DNA from: a virus
Lineage: Duplodnaviria > Caudoviricetes
Virus record (IMG/VR): IMGVR_UViG_3300031813_000016
Span: 2,338 to 66,337 of that record
Reading direction: 5' to 3' (one strand)
DNA: 64,000 nt
How positions within the stretch are numbered: the first letter of the stretch is position 1; the number at the start of each line of letters is the position of its first letter. Below, piece after piece: positions 1 through 9,689 of this stretch. The notes under the pieces are model-generated. The model searched no databases. It saw nothing but the letters and a program-made list of their open reading frames with translations, and was not told the DNA's origin. The translations under genes and the position numbers were made by a program.

Positions 1-81
1 CCAGCTGCTATACGAGATACAGCAGCTTCTGTAGAGGTTGTATATGATAATAAGATTAATAATATTAATAAATATTTCATA

Positions 82-2613
82 TTAAAATCCTTGTGTTACA
101 GCTATTAAGTCCCATTTTGTATCTGCTGCATTATATACAAATCCTAAATACATTGTCTTACTAATTACAGTAGTTGTAGGTAATGCTAAATCAGATGATG
201 CTCTATAAATGGCATTCCACGCTAATGTTTGCGCTGTAGTATTATCTTTTATTCTAATAATTAATTTTTGGCCATCAACAGGAGTCCCAGTAGGAGCTGC
301 AAAGGTAGCAGTAGCAGCTAATGCTGTTACAGTAAATTCATCAGTTGTATCTCCAGCAGGTGTTGGTGTTGAACTACTTGTAATAGTATTTACTCTAGGA
401 TTAATTCTCTGGCTAATCGTAGAAGATGATGTTAAGTTACCACTAGCAGTACCAGATAAAGCTCCAGTAAAAGTGGTAGCTGTTACTGAAGTAAATGAAG
501 GAGTTGATGACCAAGATGGAGCTACACCTACACCACCTGATACTAAAGCACTTCCAACTGCTACGTCTGCTAATTTTCCATAAGCAGTTGTTGAAGATGC
601 AATTGGAATATCACCAATAGCTTGCCCAGAAATAGTTAAATTAGATCCATCATTATTAGCTGCTGTATAAATTGAACCAGAACTTTGGTATTTTAAAGAA
701 CCACCATTACGAACCCATAAATTACCATCAGCAGCAGTTGGGTCAGAACTACTATTCCATAAATTAATTACTGGATTAGTACCTGTAGTTGTAATATTTC
801 CCGTTGTATTTATAGTACCTACACTAATATTGGGAACTCCAGTTAAACCTGCAGCAGTAGTTGCAGTAGCTGCATTCCCACTAATATTACCTGGGAATGT
901 TCCAGTTAAATTTGTGGCTGCAAATGTCGGAGCAGAACTCCAAGATGGAGCTGTTCCTATACCCCCACTTATTAATACACTTCCAACTGCCACATCTGCT
1001 AATTTTCCGTAAGCAGTTGTTGAAGATGCAACTGCTATATCTCCAATTGCTTGCCCAGAAATAGTTAAATTAGATCCATCATTAGCTGCTAATGTCTTTG
1101 ATACTCCAGGAAAACTATATGTTGCAGCACTAGTTCCTACAAAATTATATAATGCATAAGCAGGTACAACTCCAACTCCACCAGACATTAAGGGTCGTCC
1201 TGCTGCTACATCTGCATAGTTTGTAGGTGCACCAGAAGTTCCACCTACTATTAAATCACCAACCGCAGTCATTGGGTTAGTCATACCACTAGATGCAGAA
1301 GCAGATAAAGTTCCACTAGCAAAAGTTAAATTAGCTCCAATAGTCACATTACTAAAACCACCAGATCCATTACCATATAATAATGATGTTCCAGATGAAG
1401 GTGATAAAGTTTTTAATGCGCCAGCACTATAATATCTTAATGTCCCATCTTCTCTGACCCAGATATTTCCATTTACATAAGCAGGGTCTGCACCACTATT
1501 ATATGCCTGTATATATGGATTAGTTCCTGTTGTCGTAGCTGAAGCAAAGGTAACATCATTTGTTGACCCTAAACTTAAATCAGATGCTGTAACAGTCACA
1601 TTACTAGTTAAAGGATGATTGTTAATAGTTAAATTATTTCTAACAGCACTTCTAATTTGTGAAGCACTATAATCACCAAATACTGCTGATACAACACCTG
1701 ATCTACCAAATACTGATGTTACAGCTCCAGATGAAGGTGATAAAGTTTTTAATGCGCCAGCACTATAATATCTTAATGTCCCATCTTCTCTGACCCAGAT
1801 ATTTCCATTTACATAAGAAGGGTCAGAACCACTATCATATACTTGCACATACGGATTAGTTCCTGTTGTTGAAACTGATGTAACATTTAATGTACTTGAA
1901 TTTCCCCATGTGGTACCATTATAAACTAATAATTGATTAGTCAATGGTGTTGATAATGATACGTCTGTTAAACTTGCTAATGCTGTAACACTTGTAAATG
2001 GAGTATTAACTCCATTTTTGCATTGATATAAAGATCCACCAACCCAATCTAACCCATATGTTCCAGCTGTGCATGATGAAAAAGTAGTTGTATTTGTAGA
2101 TGTAGTCCATCCATAAGTTCCATCAGTTCCTGATCCTAATATAGAAATACTATTTAAATTAATACCAGTATCAGTAAATGAAAGTATTGGATTTGTAGTC
2201 AAATTCTTATCAACTGTTACAGTTCCATAATGAGAACCTATTGAAGATGGTTGGTATAATTGAATAGCGTTAGAACTATAAACTCTTTGTGGTGTGGCTA
2301 TACCAGATGTTTTGACAATATTATTTTTAAGAGCTGTAGATATATTTGTATAAGGCAAACTACCATTAACTTGAGCATTCATAGATGAAGATGATATATG
2401 AGTAAAAGTTGCATTTCTTTGAGCTAATTCAATTTTAGATGTAGATATTCCAATAAATACTCTATGAGTATCAGTAGTCATACCAAATTCACCCATCTTA
2501 AGTGTTGGTTTAGATGTAGATTGTAATCCCCTTTTTATTTGCAATGTCGGTAATGCAATTGATGTTATTGGAATTAATAGACATAAAATTAATAATAAAT
2601 ATTTTTTCTTCAT
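82..2613 (-). CDS. Tail fibre-like protein (Mtd_N-like N-terminus, fibre C-terminal domain) with apparent signal peptide
   Basis: 843 aa. MKKKYLLLILCLLIPITSIA precedes LQIKRG..PTLKMGEFGMTTDTHRVFIG (Mtd_N-like). T/S/G-rich beta-type body; C-terminus GQKLIIRIKD..TLAWNAIY..YLGFVYNAADTKWDLIAV is typical of phage fibres. Confidence 0.7.
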   Translation of the reverse strand: MKKKYLLLILCLLIPITSIALPTLQIKRGLQSTSKPTLKMGEFGMTTDTHRVFIGISTSKIELAQRNATFTHISSSSMNAQVNGSLPYTNISTALKNNIVKTSGIATPQRVYSSNAIQLYQPSSIGSHYGTVTVDKNLTTNPILSFTDTGINLNSISILGSGTDGTYGWTTSTNTTTFSSCTAGTYGLDWVGGSLYQCKNGVNTPFTSVTALASLTDVSLSTPLTNQLLVYNGTTWGNSSTLNVTSVSTTGTNPYVQVYDSGSDPSYVNGNIWVREDGTLRYYSAGALKTLSPSSGAVTSVFGRSGVVSAVFGDYSASQIRSAVRNNLTINNHPLTSNVTVTASDLSLGSTNDVTFASATTTGTNPYIQAYNSGADPAYVNGNIWVREDGTLRYYSAGALKTLSPSSGTSLLYGNGSGGFSNVTIGANLTFASGTLSASASSGMTNPMTAVGDLIVGGTSGAPTNYADVAAGRPLMSGGVGVVPAYALYNFVGTSAATYSFPGVSKTLAANDGSNLTISGQAIGDIAVASSTTAYGKLADVAVGSVLISGGIGTAPSWSSAPTFAATNLTGTFPGNISGNAATATTAAGLTGVPNISVGTINTTGNITTTGTNPVINLWNSSSDPTAADGNLWVRNGGSLKYQSSGSIYTAANNDGSNLTISGQAIGDIPIASSTTAYGKLADVAVGSALVSGGVGVAPSWSSTPSFTSVTATTFTGALSGTASGNLTSSSTISQRINPRVNTITSSSTPTPAGDTTDEFTVTALAATATFAAPTGTPVDGQKLIIRIKDNTTAQTLAWNAIYRASSDLALPTTTVISKTMYLGFVYNAADTKWDLIAVTQGF
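551..1089. repeat. Intragenic duplication (~110 bp copies at ~551-663 and ~980-1089)
   Basis: Both copies encode ANDGSNLTISGQAIGDI.(V/I)ASSTTAYGKLADVAVGS; DNA near-identical. Confidence 0.9.
1391..1817. repeat. Exact ~91 bp intragenic direct repeat (1391-1481 = 1727-1817)
   Basis: ccagatgaaggtgataaag...atttacataag occurs twice; encodes YVNGNIWVREDGTLRYYSAGALKTLSPSSG. Confidence 0.9.
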
Positions 2614-5328
2614 TTACCAACCTCCTAAGTCTATATTACTTGTCATATATGTAGTTAACTGAGTCTCAATAGAATTTACTGCAGTTGCACTAGCAGCAGT
2701 TGTACTACTAACTATAGAGGTAAGATTAGTTATTGCCGTTACAGTATTAGCATTATACGCTTGAACTGTTGTTCCTATAGCTGAAGTTAAAAGAACACTA
2801 TCAGTAATACCATACCCAGATAATGATGTAGGTTTTCCAGTTGTAATTTTAGACCAATCTAAATTTGGTATATCAGGTGCAGCTAAAGCCCTAAATGTAG
2901 GAACACCAGCAGAACCATTTGGTGAAGCTAAAATATAATTTGCTGTTTGACTTGTATAAGGAGATATATAATCAGTTCCGGCATTAGCACTGCTAAAACC
3001 ACCAGAACCATTACCTTTCAAAATATTTGTTCCTGATGTTAATGGAGCTTTAGCTGCTAAATCTGTTGTAAGATTTGTAACTTGGCTTTCAGTAATATTC
3101 ACAGTTAAACCAGCAGATTTACCAGTCGTATTAGCATTATTATCCGGTATATCAGTACTTACTAAAGTTGGTAATTGCGCATGTGGTAATTTAATTGTTG
3201 CATCTAAACTTGCATAACCATTAGTTACACCTTTATTGGATATATTCTCTGGAGTAAAACCCAATGAAGCTTGTCTTGATGCTATATCTGATACTAAGTT
3301 TGTAACTTGGCTTTCTGTAATGTTAGACGATAATCCTGCAGCGGTTCCAGTTGTATTAGCATTATTATTGGGTATATCAGTACTTAATAAAGTCGGTAAT
3401 TCAGAATGTTGAATTTTTGAATTAATATCTAAACTGGCATAGCCATTAGATACTCCCTTATTTAATACATTTTCTGGTGTAAATCCCAACGAGGGTTGTT
3501 TTGACGCTAAGTCTGTTGTTAAATTCGTAACTTGGTTTTCAATAATATTTGCAGATAAACCTCCAGAAGTTCCAGTTGTATTAGCACTATTATTGGGTAT
3601 ATCAGTACTTAATAAAGTTGGTAATCTTGAATGATTTAAAGTTCCACTTGATATATTTGAAGCATTTGTCGTATCAGTAAATGCCGAGTTAGAAAAACCT
3701 GTAGCTGAAAATGTATGTGTTCCATTTGATGTATTGGTAACAATTGAAATATTTGCACCTGCTACAAATGTCTGTGATCCAAGTGTAGCTCCATTTAATG
3801 AAATAACACCAGTTGAACCTGAATCTGTTTGGTCAGCAGTACATGTAAAATTACCAGTTGTTGCATCATAAGCTGAAAATTTATTAGTCCCACCACAAGT
3901 TAATGTAACTGGAATTATTACACCGCCAGATGATGGTATTAAATTAGTTGGAATTTTTCCAGTTGAGTCTAACCCAGCATAACCATTAGCTACACCTTTA
4001 TTAGATATATTTTCAGGAGTAAAACCTAATAAAACTTGTTTATTTGATAAGTCAGTTATAAGATTTGTAACCTGGCTCTCAGTTATATTTGCAGATAATC
4101 CTGCTGATGTACCAGTTGTATTAGCACTATTATTGGGTATATCAGAACTTAATAAAGTTGGTAAAGATGTATGATTTATTTTGCTATTAGAATCTAATCC
4201 AGCATAACCATTAGCAGAATTTTTATTAACTACATTTTCAGGAGTAAAACCTAATAAAACTTGTTTATTTGATAAGTCAGTTATAAGATTTGTAACCTGA
4301 CTTTCTGTAATATTAGATGATAACCCTCCAGCTGTTCCTGTTATATTTGATGCTGGAGACATATAATCAGTACCAACTATAGCTCTGCTTACATTACCAT
4401 TTCCATCCGCTTTTAATAAACCAACAATTGAGCCAGCTCCTCCATTTGAAGAAGATACAATTCCGACTGTTATATTATTAGCATTTAATTGAGAAAGACC
4501 AGAACCATTGCCATTAATATTAAGTTTAAAAGATAATGCATTATCAACATAATTTTTAACTGCATTTTGTGTTGGATAAAAAATATCAGAAGGTCCTAAT
4601 GTTATTGATGTTGATTTATTTGAAGTAATTTCTGATCCCAAACTATTAGCAGTAATAACTCCTTGTAACGTAGTATTTATATTATAAGGTTGAACATTTA
4701 CCCCAATATTTGAAGTTTGTAAATATGGAAGATTCCCTATCACTATTCTTTTCTTATTATTTCCATTTTCAGAATCTTCAATTAACAATAAATCATTATT
4801 AACTGGTACTGTTTTTAATGCAATTTGTGATATTTCATTAGATTGATTTATATGAATTGCATAAGTATCAATTGCCCCGCCAGTTGTTGCATCTTGGGTG
4901 CATAAAAAATTTCCATTAGCATCGAATGAAGATATATGAAATCCATTATTACATGTAATTGTATTTGGGATTCCAGGTTTATTTAATAAATCAATATAGC
5001 TTCCGCTAAATGCAACAGTTGATAAACTTGAAATATTGGCTTTATTATTTTGTAATTGTGTTATATCAAGTTGTCTATTAGATGAGTATAAAGAAAAGGA
5101 AGAAATAGTTTTATAGTTTCCATTAATAACTGGAGTTGATGAACTAACACCTATATTTTTTAATTGTGTTTGGGTCCATCTACTATTTTGAAATAATGGT
5201 AAAACTTCATTTCCAGTTAAGGGAATTACAGAAGGAGGAAAATTGATGGGATTTACTTCTGTTGCATAAACTGGATGAATTAAAATTATACCAGTTAATA
5301 CAAAATAAAAAAATTGTTTAAGTTTCAT
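2614..5328 (-). CDS. Repeat-rich tail fibre-like protein with apparent signal peptide
   Basis: Start moved to ATG 5328 (GGAGG RBS), 904 aa, N-terminus MKLKQFFYFVLTGIILIHPVYA. Phage-tail-repeat-like ITESQVTNL.TDL..K and KG.ANGYA.LD motifs; C-terminal KPTSLSGYGITD. Confidence 0.7.
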   Translation of the reverse strand: MKLKQFFYFVLTGIILIHPVYATEVNPINFPPSVIPLTGNEVLPLFQNSRWTQTQLKNIGVSSSTPVINGNYKTISSFSLYSSNRQLDITQLQNNKANISSLSTVAFSGSYIDLLNKPGIPNTITCNNGFHISSFDANGNFLCTQDATTGGAIDTYAIHINQSNEISQIALKTVPVNNDLLLIEDSENGNNKKRIVIGNLPYLQTSNIGVNVQPYNINTTLQGVITANSLGSEITSNKSTSITLGPSDIFYPTQNAVKNYVDNALSFKLNINGNGSGLSQLNANNITVGIVSSSNGGAGSIVGLLKADGNGNVSRAIVGTDYMSPASNITGTAGGLSSNITESQVTNLITDLSNKQVLLGFTPENVVNKNSANGYAGLDSNSKINHTSLPTLLSSDIPNNSANTTGTSAGLSANITESQVTNLITDLSNKQVLLGFTPENISNKGVANGYAGLDSTGKIPTNLIPSSGGVIIPVTLTCGGTNKFSAYDATTGNFTCTADQTDSGSTGVISLNGATLGSQTFVAGANISIVTNTSNGTHTFSATGFSNSAFTDTTNASNISSGTLNHSRLPTLLSTDIPNNSANTTGTSGGLSANIIENQVTNLTTDLASKQPSLGFTPENVLNKGVSNGYASLDINSKIQHSELPTLLSTDIPNNNANTTGTAAGLSSNITESQVTNLVSDIASRQASLGFTPENISNKGVTNGYASLDATIKLPHAQLPTLVSTDIPDNNANTTGKSAGLTVNITESQVTNLTTDLAAKAPLTSGTNILKGNGSGGFSSANAGTDYISPYTSQTANYILASPNGSAGVPTFRALAAPDIPNLDWSKITTGKPTSLSGYGITDSVLLTSAIGTTVQAYNANTVTAITNLTSIVSSTTAASATAVNSIETQLTTYMTSNIDLGGW
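3050..4340. repeat. Five copies (two partial) of a ~75-aa/225-bp fibre repeat
   Basis: Unit (T/K)(A/S)(A/G)GLS.NITESQVTNL..DL..KQ..LGFTPEN..NKG..NGYA.LD..KI.H..LPTLLS.DIPNN.ANTTG seen in translation and DNA. Confidence 0.9.
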
Positions 5329-5344
5329 ATTTTCCTCCATAAAT

Positions 5345-6190
5345 CTATTTAACTTCATCATTTTTAATACTATTTGTAAAATCTTTTATGCCTTGTATAA
5401 CTTGTCTATCTTTAATTATTATATCTCTAAAATATGACCTGACTGAATCAATATTATCTTTAAAAGTTATATCTTTTGTAATTGGAACACCTATACAAAA
5501 AATCCAATTTACAGTACTATTAATATATGAGTTAAACCATTTTACTGTTGAATAATTATCTTTAAATCCCACATCAATAGTTAATTCAGAATAAGATTTT
5601 TTATCTTCTATTATTTTTTGGTATTCATTTTTTGAAAGAGCTTTATCATATTTAGGAATATAATCATCCCATTTTTTACCTATAGCTATTTTTTCATCAT
5701 CAAACCCTATAACTTTTGATAAAGGCCAATTTATTAATTGAATTATAAAATCTCTATCAAATACTACAACATATATATTTGAATAATTCAATAGATCCCA
5801 TAAACTTGTCAATGCTTTAAATTTATAAGAATTTAATGTTAGATAACTACTTTCTATTTTTGATAAAATTCTAACTCTAGATGCTAATATTTCTCCAATA
5901 TATGGTTTAGTAATAAAGTCACATATAGTAAAAACATCAAAGACTTTAAAATCAAAATTATCTATTTTGCTAGTAAATATCATTAGGATTGGAGTTTTTA
6001 AAATTTTAGATATCTCTGGAAAATCTTTAACATATGTATCATCTATAATTAATAAATCATATTTAATATCATGTAAATCTTTATATTCTTTAATATTTTG
6101 AATGCTGAAACATAAATGACAAAGGGAATTTTTAACAAAATTAATAATTTCTTCATTATTAGTTAGAACTAAAATATTTTTATTTTCCAT
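5345..6190 (-). CDS. Receiver (REC) + PAS domain protein, no output domain
   Basis: KNILVLTNN..I..FVKNSL, DLLIIDD (phospho-Asp position), PILMIF, DFITKP; then PAS-like YVVVFDRDFIIQLIN..LSKVIGF....IGKKW..YIP...KWFNSYI...IFCIGVPIT. Confidence 0.75.
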   Translation of the reverse strand: MENKNILVLTNNEEIINFVKNSLCHLCFSIQNIKEYKDLHDIKYDLLIIDDTYVKDFPEISKILKTPILMIFTSKIDNFDFKVFDVFTICDFITKPYIGEILASRVRILSKIESSYLTLNSYKFKALTSLWDLLNYSNIYVVVFDRDFIIQLINWPLSKVIGFDDEKIAIGKKWDDYIPKYDKALSKNEYQKIIEDKKSYSELTIDVGFKDNYSTVKWFNSYINSTVNWIFCIGVPITKDITFKDNIDSVRSYFRDIIIKDRQVIQGIKDFTNSIKNDEVK

Positions 6191-6215
6191 TTTTATTCTC
6201 CGATTAAATTATACT

Positions 6216-6575
6216 CTATACACCTTTCATTAATATTGTAATTATAATAGTCACCATACCAACATATGAACCCCAAATTAAATTTTTTAATTCAGAATGG
6301 TTCTTAGTTATATCATTTTTAAAATCACTTTGTTCTTTAATTAATGTAGTATTTAAATCAGAGATTTTATCTGTCATTTTGACAATAGATTCATTTAATT
6401 TTATTGTATTTTGATTTAATAACAACATTGAATTTGCTAAATCTTTTTGGTTATCTATAATATGTTTAACTTGGTCAGATAAAGCTGTTGATAATTCAAC
6501 ATTATTTTTATAAGCTTCCATCAGTAGAGATAGATCTTGAACAGTGAATGATAACATATCTTTATTAATTGGCAT
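6216..6575 (-). CDS. Coiled-coil protein with C-terminal TM helix (holin/XhlA-like topology)
   Basis: Heptad-rich body followed by IWGSYVGMVTIIITILMKGV. Confidence 0.45.
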   Translation of the reverse strand: MPINKDMLSFTVQDLSLLMEAYKNNVELSTALSDQVKHIIDNQKDLANSMLLLNQNTIKLNESIVKMTDKISDLNTTLIKEQSDFKNDITKNHSELKNLIWGSYVGMVTIIITILMKGV

Positions 6576-6629
6576 AGAAGAACCTCCGGAAAAATTTAAA
6601 TCAGCACCATTCTTAACCTTTCTTTTTAA

Positions 6630-6637
6630 TTTGTTCT
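6630..6637 (-). promoter_or_regulatory. GAACAAA motif upstream of minus-strand genes (representative copy)
   Basis: Minus-strand (A/G)GAACA(A/T) at ~6630, 8829, 9662, 50797, 52346, 55892, 58799, 62326 and 63940, each shortly upstream of a minus-strand start codon. Confidence 0.6.
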
Positions 6638-6643
6638 TTATTT

Positions 6644-6940
6644 CTATTCTTTAAAAAATTTTGACGTACCATACCCGTCTGTATTATCATATAATTCTGA
6701 TAATTTATTACCTGGTAATTGTATTGTATCTCTAACATAACTTGATAAATTATTTTCTAATATTTTTAATTTTTCAACAAATTGATATATATTTTCTAAT
6801 AATCTTAATTCAGTAGATTCAGGATCTTCCTTGTTTTCTAATATTTCTATTAGAGATTGTAATGATTCAAATGTAAAAACTGAATCTTTAGAATGTAATG
6901 ATTCAATAAAAATTTTAGCTTGTTTACTAGATTGTAACAT
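6644..6940 (-). CDS. Hypothetical protein
   Basis: 98-aa ORF with GGAG RBS, co-oriented with neighbours. Confidence 0.7.
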   Translation of the reverse strand: MLQSSKQAKIFIESLHSKDSVFTFESLQSLIEILENKEDPESTELRLLENIYQFVEKLKILENNLSSYVRDTIQLPGNKLSELYDNTDGYGTSKFFKE

Positions 6941-6993
6941 TTAGTTTAGTCTCCATTTTAAAGTTTTATTTTTAATCATTACATTCTAAAATT

Positions 6994-8796
6994 TTAATAA
7001 TGTGGTATACCAACATCATTACTTTCTCTTTCTTCTATTGTTATTGATGCTACACATCTGCCACCAAATAAAGGGCTACCATTAATATCACCATTAATAT
7101 AAAAAGCACAACTTGTGTCTGCAACTCCAGCCCTAACATAATAAGTTTTTGGTGTTAAAGTTCCATTATTGATATCTATAAATTGTAATTGTGTATTAAA
7201 TGTAAATCCACTACTATATGTTCCTGCTAATTCTACTGAAATTGCATTTGCATCAGGATTAGATCCTCCACCTATTGTATTGCTAAATAGTGATAAAATA
7301 TGTAAGCCTCCATTTGCAGTATGAATCCCAGAAATATTAACTCTAATTATAAGTTTTGAATATAATTGTTTTGGTGTTATAGTAGCTTGAAGTATTTGTA
7401 TTCCTTCAGTACTTTGTGGAATAGTATTATCATATGGAATTAATGAGTTAACATAAATAACATTTTCATTAATTACATAAGATGTAGCAGTATAATCAGC
7501 AGCAGTTGCAATTGAATTAGTTGTTGCTAAAGCTTCAGCTGTAGCAAAATAACTGAGTATATTACCATCTAAAGTCCCTGCATTTTCTGCATATGTTACA
7601 CTTTGTTCAGCTATATTATCAGTATTGATAGCAGTAGATAAAAGTTGAAAAAATGCAGGAGGGTTTCCTCCTAAATTATCAGAATTAGAAACATGTTGTG
7701 AAGCTATATTTCCATTATTTATAGCTGAAGCTATAGGTTGATAAAATGATGCTGGTTGCCCACCAAGTTCATCAGAGTTTGTTGAGTTAGCAACACTTAT
7801 TGAAGTTAATGTATTAGGTTGTAACCAAATTTGTATACAACCATTAACTGCTATATTTGTAATTGCTTTCCCTATATATTGTATATAATAACTTCCACCT
7901 GGTGAAACATTAGTAAATGTTCCTGCAACATTTTTTGATAAGTAAAGTTTATCTCCTTTATTAATAGTAACACCTGGTTCAAATCTTGCTAAATGTATAT
8001 TTCCAACTAATTGGACCCATCCATTTTGAATTACAACACAGTCTGCTAATGATGTTCCATCTGTAGTTGATTTTGCATCTAAAACTTTTAAATTACCAGA
8101 TTGATTTACTAAATAACATAAATCTCCAACTTGGCAAGAACTTGTATCTACTGGGGTTACATCTGAAGATAAGTCGCTCCATGCTCCATTATTTCCAACA
8201 CTAAATCTTTTAGTATCTCTAGAATAAACTATTCTACCTTCAAAAATTGAATTCCATATTGGTAAAGTTGTACATGACCCTGCGAATGTGCTATTATATA
8301 TTCTTTGGTTAATTGTATTAGTTGAATCAAAGTCTGAAATTGAAGAAATTAACATATTAGGATTAGAATATGAAACAGTTATAGCTTTAAGAAAAATATA
8401 AGCAGTGGTATTAAATGAAGATATTTCATTTGGACTTAAGACTTGAATTGCAGCTTGAGGTGCTGGTCTAGATTTTGAATATGTGTAAGATAATACTACA
8501 TAATAAATACCTGTTTGATTAAATGTATCTGAAGGATTAATATAAAAACTACTATCAGATAGATCTACAGAAAAACTATTTGTAACTTGAATTAAAACAT
8601 CATCTTTAAAACAATTACCAGGTAAAACTGTTAATATTGTTCTAGATGTTCCATCCCAAGTTACATCAAGTGATGAATTTCCTAAAAGGCAGTTTGTTCC
8701 ATTTGTAATCATTCTTGTTAAAACATTTACAACATTACTATTATAGTTTGCAAATGGATCAACTGTTCTGATTTGAGCTGGAAATATGTTTGACAT
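6994..8796 (-). CDS. Virion structural/tail-associated protein
   Basis: 600 aa. DUF2190-like segment (GWVQL.G...GVTINKGDKLYLS...GTFT...IQYIGKAI), three N(S/A)D.LGG..AS.(F/Y) repeats, fibre-type C-terminus IPYDNTIPQSTEG..ITPK..SKLIIRV. Confidence 0.6.
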   Translation of the reverse strand: MSNIFPAQIRTVDPFANYNSNVVNVLTRMITNGTNCLLGNSSLDVTWDGTSRTILTVLPGNCFKDDVLIQVTNSFSVDLSDSSFYINPSDTFNQTGIYYVVLSYTYSKSRPAPQAAIQVLSPNEISSFNTTAYIFLKAITVSYSNPNMLISSISDFDSTNTINQRIYNSTFAGSCTTLPIWNSIFEGRIVYSRDTKRFSVGNNGAWSDLSSDVTPVDTSSCQVGDLCYLVNQSGNLKVLDAKSTTDGTSLADCVVIQNGWVQLVGNIHLARFEPGVTINKGDKLYLSKNVAGTFTNVSPGGSYYIQYIGKAITNIAVNGCIQIWLQPNTLTSISVANSTNSDELGGQPASFYQPIASAINNGNIASQHVSNSDNLGGNPPAFFQLLSTAINTDNIAEQSVTYAENAGTLDGNILSYFATAEALATTNSIATAADYTATSYVINENVIYVNSLIPYDNTIPQSTEGIQILQATITPKQLYSKLIIRVNISGIHTANGGLHILSLFSNTIGGGSNPDANAISVELAGTYSSGFTFNTQLQFIDINNGTLTPKTYYVRAGVADTSCAFYINGDINGSPLFGGRCVASITIEERESNDVGIPHY

Positions 8797-8899
8797 TCTT
8801 TTTAGTTCTCCTTTTTATTACTCAATTATTTTGTTCTTATACTCAAATCTTTATTATTTTTAGAAATGTTCTATAAAAAATTAAGGATTCTCAATACTA

Positions 8900-8915
8900 C
8901 TATATATATTAATTA
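8900..8915 (+). promoter_or_regulatory. Early-type promoter motif CTATATATATTAATTA
   Basis: Same 16-mer as at 25657, 26151 and 29715, with TTAAG ~15 nt upstream. Confidence 0.6.
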
Positions 8916-8966
8916 GTAAGGAATATAATAAATTGGTTGCCTTGACCAGATTATTTTTAAATAAAT

Positions 8967-9626
8967 TTAAATCAAATCTAAAGCTCTAATTATAACTTCA
9001 ATTTCATCTATATGTGGAGCACTTGAATTAAAGGTAATTATTTTCCAACCGTTCTCTTCTAATCTTTCCCTTCTAAAATGTCTATCATTAAATCCTTGAT
9101 TATGCCAGAATGTATTAGGAAATTCAAAGTCAATCATTTTAGATGGAATTGAAATATCAGTTATTACTTCATAAGTTATATGACCAGTTAAAGTTATATA
9201 TTTAAAATTATAATTATTAACAACATCTGAAAAATATTTTTTAAGAAAATTAATAATATTTAGTTTATCAGGATGAACTCCATAATAGTTTTCTTCAATT
9301 TTAATTTCTGGTTCTTTAGTTGTTTCAGGAACTAATTTTTTAGAATTATTTTTTAAAAGTTTTTCTAATTCATTATCAGAAATTTCATCTTGTATATCAT
9401 CAATTTCTGATTCTCCAGAAAAAATATCACCTTTACTAACATTTTGTTGTCTTGCTTTAAATGTTTTACCAGCAACTGGAGCACCTGGAAATTTAAGTTT
9501 ATACTCATTCATATTAGGAATATCATGAATTTTTTTCATATGAGTAGGAGTTAAAATTGAAAATGACTTTTTACATATTTGACATATAACTTCACCTGTT
9601 TCTGTATAATATTCTTCACTCATCAT
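8967..9626 (-). CDS. Zinc-finger + DUF559/Vsr-like PD-(D/E)xK endonuclease
   Basis: VICQICKKSF..LT.THMKKIH..Y..KFPGAP (C2H2 finger); C-terminus TDISIPSKMIDFEF...WH...RLEENGWKII. Confidence 0.55.
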   Translation of the reverse strand: MMSEEYYTETGEVICQICKKSFSILTPTHMKKIHDIPNMNEYKLKFPGAPVAGKTFKARQQNVSKGDIFSGESEIDDIQDEISDNELEKLLKNNSKKLVPETTKEPEIKIEENYYGVHPDKLNIINFLKKYFSDVVNNYNFKYITLTGHITYEVITDISIPSKMIDFEFPNTFWHNQGFNDRHFRRERLEENGWKIITFNSSAPHIDEIEVIIRALDLI

Positions 9627-9689
9627 TAAACTCCTTTTTCAAAATTAGTATGTCCATATTATTTTGTTCTTTTTACTCGGGAGGATCAA

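Noticed and set aside
209-1012. Plus-strand ORFs 209..583 and 830..1012
   Set aside because: Antisense shadows of the Thr/Ala/Gly-rich fibre gene; no RBS.
2614-4340. CRISPR array
   Set aside because: The repeats are in-frame protein repeats without unique spacers; no cas genes.
5328-5361. ORF-track starts at 5361, 13080, 16347, 49580, 55764, 57939, 58120, 58784
   Set aside because: Downstream ATGs have clear SD sites or coupled overlaps; the upstream extensions overlap neighbouring genes.
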